Positions 32,564 to 38,764 of a stretch of DNA of 38,764 nucleotides are shown here, piece by piece (the stretch's first letter is position 1; every line of letters starts with the position of its first letter). The DNA comes from an uncultured Eubacteriales bacterium (lineage in GTDB: Bacteria; Bacillota; Clostridia; Oscillospirales; Oscillospiraceae). The stretch lies in contig USIZ01000001.1 in assembly GCA_900554855.1 (NCBI GenBank), positions 1 through 38,764 on the forward strand, in the 5' to 3' direction. The position numbers and the translations under genes are program-made. The notes under the pieces were generated by a model, which saw nothing but the letters and a program-made list of their open reading frames with translations, ran no database searches and was not told where the DNA came from.

Positions 32564-33863
32564 AGCAGCTATGGAGCAGGCCAGCAAATACCTGACCTTC
32601 TCACCGGCTTTTATTGATCCGGAAAAACCGCAAGGTCTCTGGATCTGCGATACCGTTGTGGAGGCGGCGGCTATTCGGGAGAATGCCGTGTGCCTTGGAC
32701 TGGGGTGCAGCTGGGATGATGTGGTGCGCTGCCGTCCGTTTTTAGAGGCGTTCCCCTATCTGGTGATCGTCACCGCCAACGCTATCGCCAGAGAGCGGAT
32801 GGTGGCGGAACTGCGCCCCCGGCTCCCGGCCAGCTGTATATACGTCGTTACCGATGCCGGCTGGCGGAACTGTAAGACCGTTGAGGACTATGTGGCCCTG
32901 TACGGAGCGGCCCACCTCCCGGATATCCTATCCGGAGCGGAGGAGCTGCCCGCCTATGGCTTGCTGAATCTGGCGGAAGTCCCCCGGCGGGACATGAGCA
33001 AGATTCCCCGGACCCTCTCCCGGTTTTCCGTGCTTGACAGCAGCATCGGCGGGTTTTACTCCGGGGAGTTGTCCGTTTGGACCGGCAAGCGAGGCATCGG
33101 CAAGAGCACGCTGCTGAGCCAGATGCTTTTAGAGGCTTTGGATCAAGGACACACCGTCTGCGCGTATTCCGGTGAGCTGCCGAAGGAGCAGTTCCGGGAG
33201 TGGACATATCTGCAAGCGGCGGGTCCCGAGCACATCCGGTACATCACGGATCAGGCCACTGGGAAAAAACTGGCATCCGCGGACGCTCTGGCGGACAAGC
33301 AGATCTCCGAGTGGCTCAACGAGCGATTCTGGCTCTTTGACTTGGAGCGCAACACCCGGCACGATCCGGAGACCATTCTGCGGCAGTTTGAGTACGCCCA
33401 CATGCGCTACAACGCAGATGTATTTCTGGTCGATAACATCATGTCCGTGGACTTTGACAACTCCACAGAGCGGGACTTCAACCGTGTGCAGTCAAAATTC
33501 ACGCAAATGCTGGTAACCTTCTCCAAGCGCCGGGGTGTCCACACCCATCTGGTGGTGCACCCTCGGAAATCTACCAGTGACAATAACGCTAAAATCACCT
33601 CAGACGATGTCAGCGGTTCCGGAGACATCACCAACCGGGCAGACAATGTGTTTTTTCTCACCACCCATCAGACGGACGGCAAGGAAAAGCCTCTGCTGCA
33701 GATCCTGAAGAACCGGGACTACGGCTCCCACAGACACCAGTGGCTTGACTTCGACAAGAAATCCCGTCGTTTCTTTCAGGATCAGACCGGGGACCCTAAG
33801 CGGGCTTACGGCTGGGAGGGACGCGGCGTCCAGATGGAGCTAGCTTGTGGAGGATCGCGGTGA
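32553..33863 (+). CDS. DnaB-family-like replicative helicase with Toprim-like N-terminal region
   Basis: Walker A GKRGIGKST, Walker B-like FLVDNIM, and the RecA-like C-terminal half. Confidence 0.75.
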   Translation: MEFKAAMEQASKYLTFSPAFIDPEKPQGLWICDTVVEAAAIRENAVCLGLGCSWDDVVRCRPFLEAFPYLVIVTANAIARERMVAELRPRLPASCIYVVTDAGWRNCKTVEDYVALYGAAHLPDILSGAEELPAYGLLNLAEVPRRDMSKIPRTLSRFSVLDSSIGGFYSGELSVWTGKRGIGKSTLLSQMLLEALDQGHTVCAYSGELPKEQFREWTYLQAAGPEHIRYITDQATGKKLASADALADKQISEWLNERFWLFDLERNTRHDPETILRQFEYAHMRYNADVFLVDNIMSVDFDNSTERDFNRVQSKFTQMLVTFSKRRGVHTHLVVHPRKSTSDNNAKITSDDVSGSGDITNRADNVFFLTTHQTDGKEKPLLQILKNRDYGSHRHQWLDFDKKSRRFFQDQTGDPKRAYGWEGRGVQMELACGGSR

Positions 33864-33896
33864 CATTGACGAGGTTTTCCCGGAGGAAAAGAAAAC

Positions 33897-34145
33897 ATGA
33901 AAATCGGAGATATCTTGAGCATCGAGCCGACGCTGGAGGCGACCAGCGGGCTGGACACGTCCACGCTGGCCTCGATCACGGCGCGGGTGATCTACATCCA
34001 CCCGGCGGGGCGGTACTACACGGTGGAGTTCCGCAGTCCCATCACTGGCTACAACTGGCGGGAGGCCTTCTGGACGAAACTGGAACCGCAGCCGAAGAAC
34101 TGGCGGGGCCAGCCGCATTTTAAGGCCGTAAGCACTGCGGTCTGA
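33897..34145 (+). CDS. Hypothetical protein
   Basis: GGAGGAAAAG SD. Confidence 0.5.
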   Translation: MKIGDILSIEPTLEATSGLDTSTLASITARVIYIHPAGRYYTVEFRSPITGYNWREAFWTKLEPQPKNWRGQPHFKAVSTAV

Positions 34146-34171
34146 CGCAAACACAAGGGGGAAAGGTGAAC

Positions 34172-34945
34172 ATGAAAACAATCGCGGTATTGAATTTCAA
34201 GGGCGGGGTCGGCAAGACCGTCACCACCGCCACGCTGGCGTATCTGCTGGCGAAGCAGGGCAAGCGGATCCTGTTGATTGACGGGGACAGTCAGGGCAAT
34301 CTGAGCATGTCCTTCGGGATCGACGCGGATGAGGGCGCGGACACGCTGGCCCTCCTGACCGAGGGCGCCGGGTACTATCCGGAGTTTGTGACGCCCACCA
34401 TTTTTGACGGGATCGACCTGATCCCCTCTGACATCAACCTGCTGGTGGCAGACCGGCACATGGCCCAGAGCGGCGTAGGCCGGATGCAGCGGGCCATCGC
34501 GGATCTGCGGGACGCCATTGAGGAGGACGCGGATCAGGACAACGCCTACGATCTTATCCTGATCGACTGCCCTCCGGCGCTGTCGGCAGCCTGCACGGCG
34601 GCGCTGGCCGCTGCGGATGAGGTGATCATCCCCATCCGGCTGGATTACTACTCCACCGGCGGCATGGCCAATCTGGCGGAGCAGCTCCAGCACATGCGGG
34701 CCATCAACCCCCGGTTGTCGGTGCTGGGCGTGCTGGTGACGCAGTTCACCCACATGGCGGACGAAAAGGAGGCCCTCGCGGCCATCCGGAGCGGTGCGCT
34801 GCCGGTGTTTGAGACGGTGATTCGGTTCTCCAAGGCCGTGCCCAGCGCGACCTTCCAGAAGGTCCCGCTGCCGGTGGCCCGTCCCTACTGCGCGGCCAGC
34901 AAGGACTACGCCGAGCTGGTGAAAGAGATCTCCGGGAGGTGCTGA
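34172..34945 (+). CDS. parA: ParA/Soj-type partition ATPase
   Basis: Deviant Walker A motif NFKGGVGKT. Confidence 0.9.
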   Translation: MKTIAVLNFKGGVGKTVTTATLAYLLAKQGKRILLIDGDSQGNLSMSFGIDADEGADTLALLTEGAGYYPEFVTPTIFDGIDLIPSDINLLVADRHMAQSGVGRMQRAIADLRDAIEEDADQDNAYDLILIDCPPALSAACTAALAAADEVIIPIRLDYYSTGGMANLAEQLQHMRAINPRLSVLGVLVTQFTHMADEKEALAAIRSGALPVFETVIRFSKAVPSATFQKVPLPVARPYCAASKDYAELVKEISGRC

Positions 34946-34947
34946 GG

Positions 34948-36345
34948 ATGGAAAAGCGGAAATTTAACGTGATGGACGTGCTAGGCGAGCAGCTGGCCGG
35001 CGTGGCGGACACCATGATGGAGATCCCGGTTGACGATATCCGGGACAATCCCCGGAACTTTTACCCGACGCCTGACTCTCAAGCGCTGCGGGCCTTGATG
35101 GACTCCATCCGGGCCAACGGCCTTTTGGAGCCGCCTACGGTGGTCCCCGCCGGTGACGGTAGCTATCGTCTGATCTCCGGCCACAGCCGTCTGGCTGCCA
35201 TTAAGGCCCTCCGGGAGACGGAAACACCGGATCAGTGGGCAACCGTGCTTTGCCGGGTGCTGCCCCCCATGTCGGAGGGGCAGGAGCAGGCGGCGGTGAT
35301 CGAGGCCAACCGCCAGCGGGTGAAGTCCAATGCCCTGCTGGCCGATGAGGCGGAGCGTCTGACGGAGGCCTACATCAAGCGCCGGGAGGCCGGTGAGCAG
35401 CTTCCGGGGCGCATCCGGGACTATGTGGCGGAGGCCCTGCAAGTCAAAGCCACCAAAATCGCCAACCTGTCGGCCATCAAGAACGGCCTGAAAGTGCCGG
35501 GACTGGTGGAACGCTGGAAGCGGGACGAGATCCCAGAGGCAGCGGCCTTGCAGATCGCCCGGATGGACATCGACGAGCAATACCGGCTGCTGGACTGGAT
35601 CATCGACAAGAGACGGAGCTGCACCATCAACGAGGTGCGGAAGTTTTCCACTTGCTACACAGTGACGCGCCGGAAGTGTGAGCACACCGGCCGGATGTGC
35701 GAGAATGCGGAGCGGATGTACGATCATGACTACCGATACGGCGAGTGGCACGGCTCCAACTGCTGCCTGTCCTGTCTGGACCGGGACACCTGCCCGGCGG
35801 CCTGCAAGTATGTGGAGAAAAAGCCGGTGGAGCAGCCGGAAAAACCGCCGCTGAATCCGGCGGCGAAGGACCCAAGGCTGGACTACAAGGTGATGGTTCC
35901 GACCTTCTGCCAGCGGGTGAAGGAGCTGCGGATCCAGACCGGCATGACCCGGAAGGAATTTGCCCAGAGCATTGACGAGTTCCCCGGAACGTACAGCGCG
36001 TGCGAGAACAACTCCATGTGCGGATCGGAGAAAATCGCCAAGCTGGCGCTGTGCTTTGGCGTCAGCACTGATTACCTCTACGGCCTGACGGATGAGTTGA
36101 CCCCGCCGACGCTGCCGGAGGGCCAGCTGATGATCGCCGGATGGATGCCCGGCAGCACTACTCCGGCGGAGCCGGGAGAGTTTGCGGCCTATGTGGACCT
36201 GGGTGACGGGAAGCTGCTGAAACGGTTTTTTGACTGGGATGGCCAACACTGGATGATGCCAGGCGGCATTGAGGCCCAGGCCCCCGTGGTTTGGTGGATG
36301 CGGCTGCCGCCTGTCCCAGCGGCAGGGAAAGGAGCGGACACATGA
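34948..36345 (+). CDS. parB: ParB N-terminal domain protein fused to a Cys-rich region, an XRE HTH and a DUF551-like tail
   Basis: RLISGHSRLAAIKAL ParB box. ELRIQTGMTRKEFAQSI HTH. Starts 3 nt after the parA stop. Confidence 0.8.
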   Translation: MEKRKFNVMDVLGEQLAGVADTMMEIPVDDIRDNPRNFYPTPDSQALRALMDSIRANGLLEPPTVVPAGDGSYRLISGHSRLAAIKALRETETPDQWATVLCRVLPPMSEGQEQAAVIEANRQRVKSNALLADEAERLTEAYIKRREAGEQLPGRIRDYVAEALQVKATKIANLSAIKNGLKVPGLVERWKRDEIPEAAALQIARMDIDEQYRLLDWIIDKRRSCTINEVRKFSTCYTVTRRKCEHTGRMCENAERMYDHDYRYGEWHGSNCCLSCLDRDTCPAACKYVEKKPVEQPEKPPLNPAAKDPRLDYKVMVPTFCQRVKELRIQTGMTRKEFAQSIDEFPGTYSACENNSMCGSEKIAKLALCFGVSTDYLYGLTDELTPPTLPEGQLMIAGWMPGSTTPAEPGEFAAYVDLGDGKLLKRFFDWDGQHWMMPGGIEAQAPVVWWMRLPPVPAAGKGADT

Positions 36346-36458
36346 GATATACAGGGCGCGGAAAGCGCCGCAGCCGGGTCTTCCCGGTGCTGACTCTGGC
36401 GGCCGCCGTGGCTGCCGTGATCCTTCTGACGGTAGCGGCCAAGGGTGTGGCCCTATGA
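36342..36458 (+). CDS. 38-aa basic/hydrophobic membrane peptide
   Basis: ATGA overlaps at both ends (36342-36345 and 36455-36458). GGAAAGGAG SD. Confidence 0.45.
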   Translation: MRYTGRGKRRSRVFPVLTLAAAVAAVILLTVAAKGVAL

Positions 36459-36667
36459 TCGCGCCTCCGTGCCTAAACTGCCCGGATCGCCGGATCGGGT
36501 GCCATGATCCGGCGGTTTGCCCCCAGTGGGCGGCCTATGATGAGATCCATCGGGCAGAGCTGGCGGCCATGCCGTCCTACAGAGAGCGGGAGGACATGGT
36601 AGAGTATATCAAGGACAGGCGGCGGCGCTACATGCCGGGCCGCTGGAAAAAGGAGAAATCATGCTGA
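36455..36667 (+). CDS. Small Cys-rich protein
   Basis: CLNCPDRRIGCHDPAVC. Confidence 0.5.
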   Translation: MIAPPCLNCPDRRIGCHDPAVCPQWAAYDEIHRAELAAMPSYREREDMVEYIKDRRRRYMPGRWKKEKSC

Positions 36668-37059
36668 ATCATATCGTACTGATGGGGCGTTTGACCCGTG
36701 ACCCGGAGCTGCGGCATACCGGAAACGGAACCGCTGTGGCGTCCTTCTCTCTGGCGGTCGACCGGGACTATAAGGGCCAGTCCGGCGAGAAGGAGCCGGA
36801 CTTCGTGGACATCGTGGCGTGGCGCTCCACGGCGGACTTCGTGAGCAAGTTTTTCACCAAGGGCCGCATGGCCGTGGTGGAGGGCCGCTTGCAGATCCGG
36901 GACTGGAAGGACAAGGACGGGAACAACCGGCGCTCCGCTGAAGTGGTGGCGGAGCATGTGTATTTTGGCGATAGCAAGCGGTCCGAATCGGACACGCCGC
37001 CTGCGTCAGGGGACTTCCGGGAGATCCCGGAGGATGAGGAAGGAGAGCTGCCATTTTGA
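36661..37059 (+). CDS. ssb: Single-stranded DNA-binding protein
   Basis: OB-fold N-terminus MLNHIVLMGRLTRDPELR and acidic tip EEGELPF. Confidence 0.92.
   Translation: MLNHIVLMGRLTRDPELRHTGNGTAVASFSLAVDRDYKGQSGEKEPDFVDIVAWRSTADFVSKFFTKGRMAVVEGRLQIRDWKDKDGNNRRSAEVVAEHVYFGDSKRSESDTPPASGDFREIPEDEEGELPF
36981..36993. repeat. GTCCGAATCGGAC palindrome, copy 8
   Basis: Inside the ssb linker, encoding RSESDT. Confidence 0.95.
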
Positions 37060-37442
37060 GAGATCAAGAACTCGTAAATGCGCTGCGTGAGCACGCAGAT
37101 TGGTGGGAAAATGGGGACATGATGGATCCGCTGGGAGGGCTGGAGAAAGACCTGTTTGCAGCCGCTGACCGGCTGGAGAATCAAAACGCACACATCGCGG
37201 CGCTCCAGCAGGAAATTGAGAAGCTGCGGGGGCAGAATAGACAACTGATGCTTGAACGCAACTATGTTATGTCGATAATTGCGGATGTTACCAAAGCCGG
37301 AAAGACGTGGATGTGCCAGTATTGCGCTCATTGCAAGGGCACCGTAAGCGGCATGGCTGACTGCGATTCCAAGAAGCTGTGTGTTATGCCATATAGTCAG
37401 TTTGAGCTAAAAAGGCCGGAGCCGCCGGAGGAGGAAAAATAA
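37056..37442 (+). CDS. Hypothetical protein (coiled coil plus CxxC)
   Basis: TTG start overlaps the ssb stop. Confidence 0.5.
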   Translation: MRDQELVNALREHADWWENGDMMDPLGGLEKDLFAAADRLENQNAHIAALQQEIEKLRGQNRQLMLERNYVMSIIADVTKAGKTWMCQYCAHCKGTVSGMADCDSKKLCVMPYSQFELKRPEPPEEEK

Positions 37443-37934
37443 ATGAAAAGACTGACAACTAATTGCCCGGATAACAACCTTGATGCCGCCCTGAATCTGT
37501 TTTACATCAAAGACTCCGAGACGTGGGTACGGGGCGGAGGTGATGGTCCGGATTACCCGGACATCCGGCTCTACGATTTTATCCGCAAAGCCGCAAAGAT
37601 TTTACTGCCGGACTTGGACTTCCCAACAGATGATGACGGCGTAGACTATGCGATGGGTGAGCTTTTACTGGACGGTCCTGATGAGCCAACAGGATTGCTT
37701 GCCCTGCTATATACCGCAGCATGGTCATACGCAGAACTGCGTGGCAGGCTCATGCAATATGAGGACACGGGCCTGGAACCTGCGATGTGCGCCAATTACA
37801 AGACGTTTGAGGATGAGGCTATCAGTAAGGGCGTGCCATTCAAACGCATTGTTGCGCTGATGGAGGCCGACAGAGCCGGTCGGCTGGCGGTGCTGCCGGA
37901 AGGGCCGGAGGTGGAAAATGCTGAAACCAAGTGA
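37443..37934 (+). CDS. Hypothetical protein
   Basis: ATG 1 nt after the upstream stop. Confidence 0.55.
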   Translation: MKRLTTNCPDNNLDAALNLFYIKDSETWVRGGGDGPDYPDIRLYDFIRKAAKILLPDLDFPTDDDGVDYAMGELLLDGPDEPTGLLALLYTAAWSYAELRGRLMQYEDTGLEPAMCANYKTFEDEAISKGVPFKRIVALMEADRAGRLAVLPEGPEVENAETK

Positions 37935-38235
37935 TCTGACGAAGGCGGAACTGCTGCAAGTGGTAGAAATGCTGGCCATGAAGACAGGCCCGTATTATTT
38001 GGATCGTGCGCTGGGACGAATTAGGCTCCAGCGCAACGACGCCCACCACGAAAGGTGTGTGAAGCTGATTGACGAAGAACGAAAGCACTATGCAGCCTAT
38101 TTTGACCTCCTTCGCCCATACGATGGCAAGCCCATTAAGGATATCCCGCAGGATGTTATGAATCGGGCACTGTCGGAGCTGGACAAGGCGCAGGCGGCTG
38201 GACGAGAGTGGAGCAGGCGAATGGAATCAAACTGA
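37918..38235 (+). CDS. Hypothetical protein
   Basis: Overlaps the upstream gene. GGAGGTGG SD. Confidence 0.5.
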   Translation: MLKPSDLTKAELLQVVEMLAMKTGPYYLDRALGRIRLQRNDAHHERCVKLIDEERKHYAAYFDLLRPYDGKPIKDIPQDVMNRALSELDKAQAAGREWSRRMESN

Positions 38236-38250
38236 AAGGGAGGGTAAGTG

Positions 38251-38517
38251 ATGAAAAAGTGCACCGGTGAAAACTGCCCCATGCAGATGGGCTATGACTT
38301 TGAAAACTGCGCCGCAATCGAAAAGTGCCCGTATCGCACGTGGCCCGCTACCGTCGCCGACCGGATCCGGAGCATGACGGACAACGAACTGATCGGCCTT
38401 CTGTGCAAGTTTCGGAGCGATGCAGAAATGAAACACATTGCTGGCATTTCGACCATGCCCGAAACTTGGAAGGAAATTAAAAAATGGCTTGAAACGCCAT
38501 GGGAGGGAAAGCCATGA
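38251..38517 (+). CDS. Hypothetical Cys-containing protein
   Basis: AAAGGGAGGG SD. Confidence 0.5.
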   Translation: MKKCTGENCPMQMGYDFENCAAIEKCPYRTWPATVADRIRSMTDNELIGLLCKFRSDAEMKHIAGISTMPETWKEIKKWLETPWEGKP

Positions 38518-38735
38518 GTAAGGCAGTCCTTATCAGCATCCGCCCTAAGTGGGTGGAGAAGATCGCCAGCGGAGAGAAAACCATCGAGGTACGGAAGACC
38601 AGGCCAAAGCTGGCGACGCCATTTAAGGCCTACCTGTACGTGACGGCGGGGAATCTGTCTTACAGATGCCCGAATGGGATGATCTGCCATTGTAACGGAG
38701 GGCGAGCGGTCATTGGGGAGTATGTCTGCAACAAG
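38514..38735 (+). CDS. ASCH domain protein, N-terminal part (continues at nt 2/23 of the window)
   Basis: ATGA overlap with the upstream stop. MSKAVLISIRPKWVEKIASGEKTIEVRKT is typical of ASCH domains. The frame runs into the adapter. Confidence 0.75.
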
Positions 38736-38764
38736 AGATCGGAAGAGCGTCGTGTAGGGAAAGA
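38736..38764. other. Illumina TruSeq adapter sequence (artefact)
   Basis: AGATCGGAAGAGCGTCGTGTAGGGAAAGA matches the adapter exactly. Confidence 0.95.

Larger units (their letters stand above)
1..38735. mobile_element. Complete temperate siphovirus-type phage genome, assembled as a circle
   Basis: All modules are present: packaging, head, non-contractile tail (no sheath gene), lysis, attP/integrase, immunity and replication/partition. Window ends overlap and one gene is split across them. No flanking host genes. Confidence 0.85.

Noticed and set aside
34981-36249. 422-aa minus-strand ORF opposite parB. The same applies to 25754-26653(+) opposite int, 27275-28321(+) opposite the lysogeny genes, and 18015-18485(-) across the peptide cassette.
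   Set aside because: All are antisense to genes with clear motifs. They are Arg/Gly/Pro/Ala-rich and lack ribosome-binding sites.

Overview
The window is essentially one complete, circularly closed, roughly 38.7 kb genome of a temperate HK97-like siphovirus-type phage. The host looks like a high-GC Firmicutes/Clostridia-type bacterium (AGGAGG-type Shine-Dalgarno sites); that host guess is inference only. Nt 1-22 recur at 38714-38735 with 1 mismatch, an ASCH-domain gene is split across the window ends, and the last 29 nt are Illumina adapter. Gene order on the + strand unless noted: end of the early region (ASCH, Zn-ribbon protein, HUH rolling-circle Rep-like protein, Cys-rich KTR protein, HNH); a 738-nt non-coding repeat-rich cos/pac candidate; terS-terL-portal-ClpP protease-major capsid; connectors; major tail; G/GT chaperone with a -1 frameshift; tape measure; tip and fibre genes; a convergent-promoter Hol-Tox peptide cassette; holins and two lysins; a small sigma-r4-like HTH. 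Then come a minus-strand acidic-protein/XRE/Zn-ribbon operon, an 8-gene + strand cargo module of unknown function, and attP (tRNA 3' fragment plus arm repeats). The lysogeny block is on the minus strand: integrase, membrane-anchored HTH, DUF4236-like protein, secreted protein and repressor. The early genes follow: cro-like, xis-like, an AT-rich Zn-ribbon/second tyrosine recombinase cassette, a replication organizer with an internal ori, a DnaB-like helicase, ParA, a multidomain ParB and SSB. No rRNA, complete tRNA or CRISPR array was seen. The items I find most interesting are the cargo module at 22227-25603, the 13-nt palindrome GTCCGAWTCGGAC present 8 times, the type I TA-like cassette, the acr-aca-like operon, and the coexistence of integration, partition and a second recombinase.
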